The translations under genes were made by a program, and so were the position numbers. The notes under the pieces were generated by a model. That model made no database searches and was not told the origin of the DNA. It was given only the letters and a program-made list of their open reading frames with translations. A stretch of DNA of 64,000 nt from Octopus vulgaris (Eukaryota), in the NCBI GenBank assembly GCA_951406725.2, contig OX597826.1, forward strand, positions 36,208,001-36,272,000, written 5' to 3'. Of the stretch, positions 1-13,530 are shown in pieces. Numbering within the stretch: position 1 is the first letter of the stretch; every line of letters starts with the position of its first letter.

Positions 1-711
1 AAATCATTAAGACATCTTTTGGCAACTGATTTTAATGAAATTTTTAAAAGTTTGATGAAACTCCATTACTCCAGAAATGGAATTATAGACACACACACAC
101 ACAAATGCATACATGTACATACACACACACACGCACACACATACATTTATTTTATATATGTGTGTGTGTGTGCATTTATATGCATGTATATATATATATA
201 TATATATATGCAATTATTTACATGTATGTATATATACATGTATATATATTTATTTACATGTATATATATATATATATATATACACGTATATATATATACA
301 CATGTATGCATATATACGTATATTTGTATATGCATATGTGTGTGTGTGTGTGTCTGTATGTGTGTTTGTGTGTCTGTATGTGTGTTTGTGTGTCTGTAAG
401 TGTGTGTTTTCACATGTGCATCCATGTAAGTAGAGAGAGAATGTGCAGAGAAGAATGCAAAGATTTATACAGGAAGAAGAACAGAGTACAATAACTGTTA
501 ATTATTTATATTAATATTATTTCATTATTTATATTAATATTATTTCATTATCTCATTAATATATATTCAAGTCATTTATTATTCATATTAGCAATTTAGC
601 TTAGTTTAATGAAAATAAGCAATGCTATAGACTATCAGGAGGATTCAAAAGTACATTGGCAATAGATATAAACTTGTATATACATGTAGGTGCGTATGTG
701 TGTGTATTTGA

Positions 712-743
<32 letters not shown>

Positions 744-820
744 GTAAATACATATATGCATGTATGTATAAATACATATATGTATGTATGTATATATGTG
801 CATGTCTATCTATCTATCTA

Positions 821-889
<69 letters not shown>

Positions 890-3869
890 ATATATATGTA
901 TATATATATACATATATATATGTGTGTGTGTGTGTGTATAATGACATTAAAAGGGATATTAAAAGATTATGATGATGATATATATATGTATATCTATTTG
1001 TGTATGTATATATGTGTGTGTGTATATATATATAAAATCACATATATGTTTATAATATTTCTTTCAATATTTTCTTAATTAATCTGGAGAAAATATTAAT
1101 GTACCATTTATGGAATCCCTCTTAAATTAGGGGTTTGGTGATTATCTCAGAGAATTTAATTAACACAAAGCTAATTATCCATAGCAAAATTGCAGAGCTA
1201 TTTCAACCAAGTTCCATGTATCTCATACACTTCACATCAAACTGAACGTGCTCTCATTTCAGGAGGTATCCAGGGATGGTTATAAAGCTATCACCTGTAG
1301 TGTTATATTCCTCAAATTGTCAGTTCATTTTGAAATGGAAATATAAGTAAAATATTGTCAATAAATAATAACAATCTGTCTATAAACTTTTTATTTCTAT
1401 TTTGAGGCAATTATTAGTGCCTGAGATCTTTGGTGATCTGCTGTGCCTGAGAAGTCTTGTCAAGTGAAATTGTAGTCATGGCTGATGCTGGTATCATGTA
1501 ATTGGCATGTAAAAAAAGCACCTTCTGAGCATTGGGCCTCAGAAGCAACTCTGCAATGAAAATATAGTTGATTATGCTTTCATTATAAAGTTACTTCATA
1601 ATTTATGTGTTTCCTTTAAATGCCAGAATCTGTGTGTTTTGAACCAGGTAAAATCCCATCAAAGAAGTACAGTGTTGAAATCCACAATATTTTTTAAAAA
1701 GTTAGGTGAAGACTACAATCGTGACGGATACTGCATTTCCCCATGGTTGTAGCTTAGCAATTTTGGACAGTCATGTCACTTCTGAAACAAAACCAAAATC
1801 GCTAGACTGGAATATATACAGACAGTGTATAAACTCCCTGCTGATGTGCAATGGTCCCTCATAAGCAGAATAAATTTGAACGGTGCAATAGATGCAATTC
1901 TGTAATGAAATCACTATGTGACTATAAGCCATACTTGTGGCTATAAATACACACATATTTGCACAGAATTATGTATTTTAAAAAAATGTATGATAAAATG
2001 CACAATAATTAAAACAAAACTGAATTTAAAGGAAGCATGAAATACTTTTGGGCTTCGTTGTGTTGTCTATTCTACTATTCCAATCACTTAACTGTTGTTG
2101 GAATTGTGTTTGAGTGTGACCAAATACACCAGTAGGCAACTCTATGTCACAATAGTGCTCCTATGACTCCACTAGAGTTGAGAGTTCAAGGCAAAGCAGA
2201 GCAAACTTTTAGCTAAGACCCTGTTAAACTTCTTTTCTCGACTAATATTTTGCTTTCTTTATTACCACTCGATATATTCTAATGGCATAAAACATTACAC
2301 AGCTTACATTTGTCTATTGTATAGAAAAGAAACTATTCTGTTGACAATAGAAGAGTTTGCTGACATTTTTTTCTGTTCTATGAAAGCCTATCACATGCTG
2401 AATTCTCACTGTTATACAACTTCAAGCTATCCATGCCATACAACTACAACAATATTAAGAATTGGTTCACTGTACACGATAAAAATGAACATAAAGTAAG
2501 ACATTAAAGACTTAGCAGATGTCATAACTCGACATATTATCTAAAAAGATAACTTTATTATGTCTAGCATATATTTTTACAAATGACATCTTTGGCTCGC
2601 TCACATGTTTACTGCACAAATGCTACATGGACACTTCATGGCAGAAACACATCTCACACAACGTATACTATACACAGACACCTCACAATACTATAACACA
2701 TCTCATACAGCATATATGTTAAATAACCATATCACAGTATCATATCTCATGCAGTACATCAGCATAGCATAGGTTTTGCCCCCTGCTAGTCAAATTGGCC
2801 ACCCCCTCTCATGCAACCACCTAGTAAAGCTTATGCTCTGCCACTCCAGTACATATTCTACCCAATCACCACAGTACCTAAACTTATGTAATAGCCTCTT
2901 GATATGGTACTTGATATGGACTGTGATGATTGTCTCCTCTTCACCGTAAGGCAGAATAGTCTGCGGTTGACTGTTTTACTACAAATTAAATATTTAGGTC
3001 TTGTTGTGTCTTGGGAGTATCATTTCCCTAATAATAGTAACAATACACAGAAGAGACAGGAAATGTTATTAAAAAGGTCGTGAATAGCAACAAGAAGACT
3101 TTGACTAAGAAACAACTGATTGAATGTTTAACCAGAACATTAAACAAATGATTGATCAGTTTGTTGGTTAAATACTCAATCAATTAACTGTCAATAAAAA
3201 AGTGATATTGAACCAGTGCATGTATTACTATTATTATTATTATTATTATTATTGGCCTAATGACCCTCCCAAGACACAAGATTTGTTTTAACACACAAAT
3301 TCACATCAAGAATCTTGCAAACCAAATACAAAATTGAAGTAGAATATTTTGGTGTTTTCGTCTGAAAGACCATCGGCATTTATTCACAATCCCCAATACA
3401 AAAATAATCAGTGATGCCAGGAAGACTCTCCATTATGGCCAACACCCTTGACATTCAGTTTTACTTCTGTTGGGGAATGGAGACTTAGCGTTCTATTATT
3501 TCCTCTTATTCTTCTGCTATTAGCCATCACCCTAGCCTGGCATTTGTGGGGCTGTGCATTGATGGCCCTGATTTTGGTCATAATAAGTATAGGGAGTAAT
3601 TGAATATTATTAATTAGTATAGAGAGTAATTTGATAAATGTACAGTGAAAGAAGATTACCTAGAAGATAAATTGATGCGAGAATGTTTTTAAATTAAGAA
3701 TGTAGATTAAATAACGATAATATAAATCTATAAGTTGTCTCTTCATGAATCATATTTTTGATAAAATATTAGTGCATGTGTAGGAAAATTTGTATATAAA
3801 TATGTACACTTGCACACGTGTGTGTGTGTGCATGTGTATTTATATATACACATATAGAGAATAAATATA

Positions 3870-5143
3870 TTGAGTCATTCCATAAATAATGTGCTTTTTC
3901 AATTACAAGAATTAAAATTTGGAGGGAGATGGGATAAGCTACCTGCATCACCTTTCTATAGAAGGAGGTATTAACTTTACCTTGTACTTATTCTTAGTGC
4001 AAGTTTTGAAGAGGGCAGTTAGATTTTAACAGTTATGTTTTTAAAGCTATAATGGAAGTAACAAGGGAGTATATTCAGCATATTTTGCTTTATGAGTTCA
4101 ATAAAGGCAACAATGCAATGGAAAGTGTGAGGAAAATTAATGCAGTATATGGGGATTGGACAATAAGCATAAGCCAGTGTCAATGGTGGTTCCAGAAATT
4201 CTGAACCCGAAATTACAGCCTAGATGATAAGCCTTATCCTGGAAAATCTGTAGAGCTTAATGCGGGTGTCCTGCAAACCCTGGTGGAACAAAATCCCATC
4301 GTAACTGTTGAGGAACTAGCAGAGAAGGTTGGATTTGGTCATTCAAATATTCATTGACAACTACGTACCATCAGAAAAGTCAACAAATTGGGTCAGTGGA
4401 TTCCTCACAAACTTTTCGAGTCTAATCACGTACAGAGAGTGACTGTGTGCTCTTCTTTGCTGTCATGTCTCACAAATGAACCTTTTTTTGGACTGAATAG
4501 TGACTGGTGATGAGAAATTGGTTTGCTATAAAAATGTCAAGCACCGAAGACAGTGGATAGGGAAAGGAGAAACACCAGCATCCCAGGCTGATGAAGGTCT
4601 ACCCCCACATAAGATGTTGTTATCTGTTTGGTGTGATATGAAAGGTTTAGTCCACTTTGAACATTTAAACCCAAACCAAACGATAACAAAGGAGATTTAC
4701 TGCAAGCAGTTTGAGCAGCATAAGTCAGCGCTAGAAGAAAAACGACCATCTTTGATTTCAAGACGAAAGATGTTCTTCCATCAAGATAATGCTTGGCCAC
4801 ATACAGTGAGGATGACATACCAAAAGCTGGAGCAGTTTGAATGGGAAACGATGCCCCACCCACCATATTCGTTGGACAGTGCCCCATCTGATTATCCTTT
4901 AATCTGCAGTCTTCAAAATCATTTGGATGGAAAAAATATGGAATTCTGTAGAACAGTTCTGGCAAGTGAATTATTGACAAGTGAATTTTCGAAGACAGGC
5001 CTTGCAACTCTCCCAGATAGATGGAAGAGCATTGTAGAAAATGATGGAGAGTATATTTTAGATTGAAAAAGAACTTTGTTTATCTTAATTTTGAAAGATA
5101 AAAGAAATATAAAAAAACTGCATTATTTATGGGATGACCCCAA
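3870..5143 (+). mobile_element. Full-length decayed mariner (DD34D) DNA transposon, ~1.27 kb
   Basis: Inverted ends ttgagtcattccataaataatg (3870) / cattatttatgggatgaccccaa (5143), each flanked by TA; encloses a transposase pseudogene. Confidence 0.93.
4052..5066 (+). pseudogene. Mariner transposase pseudogene
   Basis: MEVTREYIQHILLYEFNKG start, LGQWIPHKL (WVPHEL-like), TGDEK, HQDNAWPH, YSLDSAPSDY, terminal GEYILD*; in-frame stops and a frameshift. Confidence 0.93.
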
Positions 5144-5146
5144 TAT

Positions 5147-5187
<41 letters not shown>

Positions 5188-5190
<3 letters not shown>

Positions 5191-5253
5191 TTTATTTAAA
5201 GCAGCAGAAAATTCAACAAAACCTGTTACTCTGAGTTTCCCGTTGCCGTTCAT
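5188..5253 (-). mobile_element. Short Penelope-type terminal fragment with truncated hammerhead motif
   Basis: Minus strand ATGA acggcaacgg GAAA ctcagag TA acagg (helix III ACTC/GAGT, GUA site); a related decayed copy lies at ~51560-51690. Confidence 0.55.
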
Positions 5254-5355
5254 ATATATGTATATATATTTAGAATATATGATTATGAATATCTGTATCC
5301 CTCTCTCTCTCTCTCTTTATCTATCCATCAATCTATATACATATATATATGTGTG

Positions 5356-5387
<32 letters not shown>

Positions 5388-6349
5388 CCTTCACAGGCAT
5401 ACCCATACATACACATGCATGCTATCACATACATATAAAATCCTTAAATGAAATAAAAAGATTTTGTTTGTTTAAAACGGAATCCCAGAATAATGGAATG
5501 GATCTAATTAGGCAAGACTGAATAAGTAAACAAAAGGGCTGATTTCTAAACATAGAATCAAACCAGAACAATATTACTATGATGATGATGATGGTGGTGG
5601 TAGTGGTGGGGTGGTGGTGGTGGTGGTGATAACATCAAAAGCAACAGCAACAACATTATCAATAGTAATAACAATAGTTTGAACAATAATGAGGAGGAGG
5701 GGGAGGAGGAGGAGGAAAAGAAGAAGAAGAAGAAAAGGAACAGTAGCAGTGACCATAACAACAACAGTATCATAATATGAATATCATGACAAAAACAGGA
5801 TATACAGTTGTATTTTTTATTAGATGTGTGTGTGTGCATATGTGTGTGTGCGTATGTGTGCGTGCATGTGTATGTTTGAGTGTGTGTACGTGTGTGCATG
5901 AGTGTGTGTTTGTGTGTTTGAGTGTGTGCGTGCATGTGTGTTTGAGTGTGTGTGTATGTGCACGTGCATGTGTGCTTGTCTGTGTGTGTGCATGTGTATG
6001 TTTGAGTGTGTGTACATGTGTGCATGAGTGTGTGTTTGTGTGTTTGAGTGTGTGTGTATGTGCACGTGCATGTGTGCTTGTCTGTGTGTGTGTGTGTGTT
6101 TGTGTGTGTACGTGCATGCATATGTTTGAGTGTGTGTGTTTATTTTTCATTTGATATTTTTCTTAACATTTTGAAAATAAATTAATCTCTAATCTTAGCG
6201 GCGAATGTGTCCATTGATAGAGTTTGATACATTTTCTGCTGTATATCAGAAGTAAGCACTCAGAAGGGCTGGCGAATATATTAGTAACAGACACTATACA
6301 GAATAAGGGAGAAAACGATCTGTAAAAATAAAAATCTAATACTACATAC

Positions 6350-6390
<41 letters not shown>

Positions 6391-6395
<5 letters not shown>

Positions 6396-6526
6396 GTTTA
6401 ATGTCTGCTTTCCATGCTGGCATGGATTGGACAGTTGGACATGGAGCTGGCCAACTGGGGAGCTGTCCAGACTCCAATTGCCTGTCGTGGCATAGTTCTT
6501 ACTGTTGGGTGATCTTCCTAACACCA
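6391..6526 (-). mobile_element. SINE-like family C 3' fragment with (GAT)n tail
   Basis: cgtttaatgtctgctttccatgctggcatgg... matches other family C copies and abuts a (CAT)n tract. Confidence 0.7.
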
Positions 6527-7212
6527 TAATACCTGTAAAAAGTTGTAAGGAAGAGGTAGAAAGTAAGAAATATTTAACGTTTCGGATGGCTACTACTCAT
6601 CAAGTAAATTAAGGTAAAAAGAAATGCAAAAGAAGTTCTGAGGGTCCTTACTATAAAACTGTTTTGTTGATTCATCACAACTTGGTTTCCGTCCACTTTG
6701 TTCTTTTCTGTTTTCCTTTTTTGCAGTTGATGAAGGATTTCTGCCCAAAATGTCAAACATTTTCCCCTCTGTCTCTCTAATAGTATTAAGCTACTGCTAT
6801 ATATAGTGTATTCCCTTTATATTTCTTTTTATTTTTGTTTTGTTTCACAAGCCTCTTGATTCTTAGACTGATTTCACTTTCAATAAAGAAAACATGGACC
6901 AAGCCAGGCTGAGTAGCCAGTGAGATAATCTCACTGGCAGATGGTGGAAGCTATTTAACTATGAGCTGTATGTGTCATGAAGATACAAGTGAGAGGTCCT
7001 CTTGAGTGGAAACAAAAGATGGGGAGATCTTTCTCAAGAGCTTTGTTCTATCAAGAAATGGTGAAGGACAGCAGAGCCAAACTTTGCTGATATCAGCCTT
7101 GTCTGAGAGCAGGCCCATTAAAGGTTTGTCATCATGCTGGGTGGGGGGGTTATTTGTTTGTCCAGTGCTCCATGGGTATTGGACAAGAAGAATAAGAGAC
7201 ACTACACATATA

Positions 7213-7440
7213 TATTTCTTTACTACCCACAAGGGGCTAAACACAGAGGGGACAAACAAGGACAGACAAATGGATTAAGTCGATTATATCAACCCCAGTG
7301 CATAACTGGTACTTAATTTATCGACCCCGAAAGGATGAAAGGCAAAGTCGACCTCGGCAGAATTTGAACCCAGAACGTAACAGCAGACAAATTATGGCTA
7401 CGCATTTTGCCCGGCATGCTAACGTTTCTGCCAGCTCACC
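7213..7440 (-). mobile_element. tRNA-derived SINE family B (well-preserved copy)
   Basis: Minus strand head ggtgagctggcagaaacgttag, B-box-like ggttcaaattc, body gcctttcatcctttcggggtcgataaattaagtacc; many copies in the window. Confidence 0.88.
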
Positions 7441-7979
7441 ACTACACATATATTATGTAAAATACTCCATGGCTGACTTACACATCTCCTTTCACAGATG
7501 TAGTAGGGTGGATGTTAACCTGGCTTTTAATGCCCTTAGAAACTAAACACTTTCTCCAGAAGGAAACCTGCAAATGAAAGGACATAGTGTTTATTACAAT
7601 ATACATTCCCCATTTTTGCAATCATGTCTGCAAGGCATGGCTGAAAATCTGAAAATGCCATCTGTTCTGGGTTGTACAACCTGTGACGGCCTCCCACCAT
7701 CTCTCCTGCCGCTTAATCCCCCCTCTTTCCTTTTTTTTCCTTTGTTTTCTTGGTGAAGTAGTTATGGGTTTTTTCACTCAATAATTAAATATTTTTATAC
7801 TTTTAATGTATTTTTCTTTGTATTTTTGTGCAAAAATATATTTGGTTAATAAAAGTTACTGAATAAAAAAATATAAATATGAAATAAAATTTTAATAATT
7901 AACTAAGAAAGAAAACCAAGGGGACAGCTCAGCATTTCAAACTTAACATCAGGTTTTCAAATCACTTCATGGATAAATA

Positions 7980-7982
<3 letters not shown>

Positions 7983-8071
<89 letters not shown>
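7983..8071. repeat. (GA)n microsatellite
   Basis: Uninterrupted GA dinucleotide run. Confidence 0.97.
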
Positions 8072-8072
<1 letters not shown>

Positions 8073-8289
8073 AACAGACAGACAGAAATCACAATATTCT
8101 CATTACTGGCAATGGTTCTGACATATTTTTGTTACATTTCTGAGTCTGGATGAGTAAGAGAAAGTTCAGAGGTTGGCATTCACCCCCTGTAGATCATCAG
8201 CAAATTTCATATTTTCTGCTAATAAATTACTTAATACGTCTAAATTAACAGATGCTAAAAATCAGGCATTCTACAAACTGAAACTTTTT

Positions 8290-8810
8290 ACTTAAATTAG
8301 CAAATGATTTCATAACATTTTCTGTATCTATTTTTTCCTCCAATATCGTTATCTCTTGGCAAAACTGCCAAAGAATTTAATCTGTCTTATGTAATAGGTT
8401 ACCATAAATATATCGTTGTAAGCTTTAAGAAATTAAAGCTTCTTTCTCCTGTGGCCGCTGTAATAACATATCATAAACATCATTCTTAATGCAACCCACA
8501 GATTTGGCATGACATCCAGTAACCTATTACCAATGATGAATCTAGCAGATTCTATTGGCAGTTTTACATCTCCAAGAAATAATTCTTTTGTAATATCTTG
8601 TTCAGTCAGAAGATCACATTTGTAAATATTGCTAGTTCCTTGATATCTTAACTTATTCTCCAGACTTTTCACATTCTAATATTTCAGTTTATTTTTATCT
8701 TTTAAATTACTTACGCAAACGACTGCCGTATATTATCTGATGATTGCGAAAATAATTTAACAAGCAGTTAGATAAACACTTACACTTGATAAACAATTAT
8801 GAAATAATTT
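8290..8810 (-). pseudogene. hAT transposase C-terminal (dimerisation domain) fragment
   Basis: PNLWVALRMM, then after a frameshift ITAATGERSFNFLKL...DRLNSLAVL..., matching the hAT motif PNL..ALR....P.T.A..ERSFS.LK......R.....RL..LA.L. Confidence 0.82.
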
Positions 8811-8964
8811 ATTTACATTTCAACAAGTTATTCTAACTTTGGCTGAAGTTCCTGATCCGAATCCTGACAAGTGATCCGACGCTCCATGCCAAACATCTGC
8901 CAGATTAATATCATCAATTCGAGAGAGGAAGATTGCAAAGCTAATGTTCGTACTTTTCTTGGAC

Positions 8965-9445
8965 AACATCACTATCATTGGTGTCTTCATCATCATCATC
9001 ATCAGCAGCAGCAGCAGCATTTTTATCATCATCATCATCATCATCATTGTCATTATTGTCATCATTCTCATCAGCAGCAGCAGCAGTAGCAGCAGCTGCA
9101 TCGTTCTTATCATCGTCATCATCATCATCATTGTTGTCATCATTGTCATCATCATCATCATCAGCAGCAGCAGCAGCAGTAGTAGCATCGTTATCGTGAT
9201 CGTCATCATCATCATTGTCATCATCGTCATAATTATTGTCATCATCATCATTATCATTATCATCATCATAAGCTTCATTATCATCATAATCATCATCATC
9301 ATCATCATCATCATCATAATCATCATCATCATCATCATCATTGGTATTTTTATCATAGTCTTTGTCATCCTCACCACAACCACCACCACCACCACCACTG
9401 CTACTATCAACATTATCATCATCACCATCATCATCATAATCCTCA
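8965..9445. repeat. Degenerate (CAT)n/(CAG)n/(CAC)n trinucleotide array
   Basis: Seen directly; explains the poly-M/I/H/S ORFs. Confidence 0.95.
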
Positions 9446-10067
9446 TTTCACATCTCACTTTCTGTGCTTGCCTTGATTGCTTTCTCCTTTCCAGCATAAC
9501 CTCTCACCACTGATTTCATTTCCCTGTCACAATCATTTCCTTTGGAAAGGTCAACCTTCACCCGCTTCCATCCATGTCTTCATTAGGTCTTACTCTTCTT
9601 CTTGTTTCTCTCCACATGGATCCTCCGATGTATATAATCCAAATAAAAGCACAAAGTTCCATTTCTCTGGACACCATGCTGGTTATTAACCCTTAATCTC
9701 TTCCTGTAATGCTCTGCAAACTTTCAAACCTGGCACATCTTGCTAGTCCACTTAACTTTCATGAGAGCAGTGACAACAGAATTTACATTTATATAAAATG
9801 GAAACTCATAAGTTCTTCACAAGACAGTCACAGACATGGCTGTGTGGTAAGAAGCTTTTTTCCCCACCACATGGTTCTGGGTTCGGTCCAACTGCATGGC
9901 ACCTTGGGCAAGTGTCTTCTGCTATAAGCTCAGGTTGACCAAAGCCTTGTGAGTGGATTTGGTAGACAGAAATTGAAAGAAGTCCGTTGTATATATATCA
10001 TCATCATCATCAAAATCATCATCATCATCATCATCATCACCATCACCATCATCACTACCATCATCAT

Positions 10068-10299
10068 TTTTTAACGTCCGTTTTCCATGCTGGTATGGGT
10101 TGGGTGGTTTGACTGAGGTCTGGAGAGCCAGTGGCTGCACCAGACTCCAATCTGATCTGGCAGAGTTTCTACAGCTGGATGTCCTTCCTAGTGCCAACCA
10201 CTCCAAGAGTGTAGTGGGTGCTTTTTCTTGCCACTGGCACAGGAGCCAGTTCAGGGGGTACTGGCATTAGCCACATTTGGATGGTGCTTTTTACATGCC
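10068..10299 (-). mobile_element. SINE-like family C nested in SINE A linker
   Basis: tttaacgtccgttttccatgctgg...tttctacagctggatgtccttcc... matches family C. Confidence 0.85.
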
Positions 10300-10300
10300 A

Positions 10301-10332
<32 letters not shown>

Positions 10333-10376
10333 TTGTGTTGTCCCTCCACCAGCACTTGACAACCAGTGCTGATGAT

Positions 10377-10872
10377 ACAGTTTTGTATTTAAGAGATGAG
10401 GAATTATGTACATTCTTTACATTATTTACATTTGACAGATATTTGTCCTCATCTTGATTGTTGTTAATACATTTCGGTTGATATACCCTCCAGGTTTCAT
10501 CAGGTGTCTTGGGGAAATTTCGAACCTGGGTTCTCATTCCTAAGGTATTTTTCGATCTTATTATTATTATCATTATATTATTATTCAGATCACTGATTGG
10601 AATCAAACTCAGAATCTTGGTGTTAGTAGCCCGCACTCTTAACCACTATGCCATATGCCCAAGATGAGGACAAATATCTGTCAAATGCAAATGAGAACCT
10701 GGGTTCTCATTCCTAAGGTATTTTTCGATCTTATTATTATTATCATTATATTATTATTCAGATCACTGATTGGAATCGAACTCAGAATCTTGGTGTTAGT
10801 AGCCCGCACTCTTAACCACTATGCCATATGCCCAAGATGAGGACAAATATCTGTCAAATGCAAATAATGTAC
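10377..10872 (-). mobile_element. tRNA-head/hammerhead element (family H), full copy plus tandemly duplicated 5' part and inverted tail pieces
   Basis: Full minus copy 10377-10660; 173-bp-period duplication 10522-10692/10695-10866; plus-oriented tail segments at 10661 and 10834; candidate TSD gtgctgatga/gtgctggtga. Confidence 0.9.
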
Positions 10873-12254
10873 TGTGCTGGTGAGTTTACATCCCCTAAAC
10901 TCAGCAGTTCAGCAAATGAAATCAATAGAATAAGTACCAGGCTTTAAAAAAACAAGTACTGGAGTTGATGCATTCACTTAAAAATTCCAAGAGGCAGTGC
11001 CCCATCATGGCCACAGTCTAATGACAGAAATAAGTAAAATAAAAAAATTAAAATGAAAGAAACAATATACAAACACTCCCCTCACACACACACACATACA
11101 CCTCACCCGGACACATACACTTCACCCTCTCACACACACACACATGTACTTCACACACATACACACTTCAAAACTAATATTTCATCAATGTTTAAAAAAA
11201 ACATTCTTTAATAATTTATTTTTCAGTTGGGCTTTCAATTCTTTTTTGGTTTCTGCAAGATTCCACTTGTTGCAGCAAAATAATATAGAATCAAATTTTG
11301 ACTCACTGAGAAATCACTTGTCAGGAATTATTCAAAGACTAACATGGTACGTTGCAAAAATTCTTCCCTGTCAAAAACAATAAAAAAAATCTCTAAAATG
11401 TAAGAAAATACCAACAGAAATAGAATTTTGACTGAAGGTGTATTTTTTTGTGTAATTCCTTGTCATTGGTAATGGAAGTCTTTTATCTCTTCCATTTTAT
11501 TTTATTTTATTTTTGTAACTCTCCCAGGTTCTCTGTTTTACTTCATTTTGCTATTTCCTTCAGGAACACCAGACCAAGTAGTTTATCTTCTTGATAAGGT
11601 TTGTTGATTCTTGTTTCATTTATAGGTATGTCACCCCATTTGTTATCTCTTCTCTTCTTTAGCTGCTAAGCATCTTCAAATTTTTTTTTCTTTTTTGTTT
11701 GTTTTACCTTCATTTTGTTTTTATTTATTCACATATTGAAATATTTATTTATTGGAGTTAGAATTGGTGTTTGTCATATCTGTGTTTTTGTTTTTTTGTT
11801 CACCGCCCCCCCCCCCCTTGCTGAAAGCTATCAACCAAAATTTTGTCACTTTCAGTGCAAAATATACTCTACTCTCTGCTGCACTGTATACACACAAGTA
11901 ACTATTATCACAGTTTAAAACAATACCAGTCAGGTTTAAATTAATCATGAGATAAAAGTGAATTATGAAAATTAGAAATATAGGATTTATTTGATATTTT
12001 TTACCATAATTGCATTCAATTGTTTATAATTTTATCAAGGAAAATTAAAATTACCATCAAAAACTGTAATTTCTTTGTGGTAAAATTATTCTGTTCAAAT
12101 GATTTTTTGATTCTTTAAAGCATAATGGTCATATGACAGTCTTCCATTTCTTTACACAGCTTTTGTATTTTTATTGAACTCTGCAAAGTTTGTTGAACTG
12201 CAGGGGGTTGGGTTGTAGAAGAGAGACAAGTCATTGCTCTACTGAAAGATAGTT

Positions 12255-12660
12255 GGATCAATCTTATAGCCCTGTCTGATCAAATGAACTTTTGATTGTG
12301 CCATTCTCAACCTCATGTGATCGGGTGTCATCCATTGAATCCATGGTGCTTCTGAATCAAGCTAAAGGTCTTCAGCAGAGGGAATTCTCTTGTCAAGATC
12401 AGTCTCAAAGTTTTCTACTTGGAATTGCAGTTTGGTTTCTTACCAAGATACTGTTAAGGACTTGACATGTATGACAAAACTTTTCCCTCACTTCAGTTAC
12501 TGGATTGGCAGTTGAGGTCTGTGGAAGAGGTGGCATTCATTACTATTAGCCTTTGTCATCTAGATTCAAGTGGCCAATTTCTGCTTGATATCAGCAGGGA
12601 CAATGCCAGTGCTAAGATGCAGGTTGTCTGTAGTCTATTCAAAATATCCCACTCTTAAAT
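12255..12660 (-). pseudogene. Vingi/Ingi-like non-LTR retrotransposon ORF C-terminal fragment
   Basis: Translates TTDNLHLSTGIVPADIKQ...ECHLFH...LK*GKSF...APWIQWMTPDHMR...SKVHLIRQGY, matching the recalled Vingi pattern LAGIAPPDIRR...HPL...RLKSRKSF...W..LNRLR....KWGY. Confidence 0.72.
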
Positions 12661-13530
12661 GTAACATTCCTTAATTTGAAATCAGGTTTTTTTCCTTTCT
12701 TTTTAAGAAGTTTGGTTAAGGAATCCCTCCTCACATCAACAAAAAAAAAAATACAACTTCATTGGGGGAGGGAAAAATATCATATTTTTGAACTAGACAC
12801 TTCATTTACTGAACGAAGGTCTTTCTATATACAATAAACTTATCGCAAGCAGCCACTGTATGTCTTCTTATCCGTAACTTTAATCCTAACATTCATCATG
12901 GTAAGAAGTCTCACAGGCAGCTCTGAATATCTGCAGAAATGAAGCAATAGAAGAGGAGAAGAAGGAGGTGGAGATGGCGGTGGTGGCGGCGGTAGTGGCG
13001 GTGGTGGTGGTGGTGGTGGTGGTGGTGGAGGAGGGGAAGGAGACAAGGGGGAAATCTCCAACCAAGAACAAATTAGATTATTTCAAGAGAAATTCCGAAG
13101 TGAATACATATAAATGAGAATACTTTCACAAAACCATTCAACTCATCAATGCAGCACCAAAATCTGGCCTCTATAAGCTCAATGCTGCCTTTTAAAGTGT
13201 GGATGAGAAGCATAAACCCTCATTATTAGCAAACAACTTTCAGTTTCTTTATGGAGACACAATCTCCACAGTTTGGGGTCTTCAAAATAATTCTTCAAAT
13301 AACTGTGTCTTTGATACAAGTCTGCAGAGTGGAAGTTGGTCAGAAATTCTCAGCAATAATGAATCAGCAAAAGAATCTCTACATAGTCGTTTGATCTGCT
13401 GGAAGGAGCAGCTAAATCTCTTTCATAGCTTAGGTTCTGGGTTTCTTGCATAAAATAAAAAGGTATAGCAATGAAGTGGAGATGGTGATGGTGGTGGTGG
13501 TGGTGGTGATGGGAGATACTAAAAAGGATA

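Larger units (their letters stand above)
9827..11043 (+). mobile_element. tRNA-derived SINE family A, split by two nested insertions
   Basis: 5' half 9827-9989, middle ~10310-10375 and 3' part 10874-11043 are colinear with the intact copies at 25908 and 63427. Confidence 0.85.

Noticed and set aside
4500-5066. 188-aa ORF as a functional transposase or SETMAR-like gene
   Set aside because: It is the tail of a disrupted mariner ORF with upstream stops and altered motifs; there is no SET domain.
12840-12965. Strong minus-strand splice acceptor (tttctgcag at ~12931)
   Set aside because: All downstream frames stop quickly, there is no clear donor, and the pyrimidine tract derives from simple repeats.
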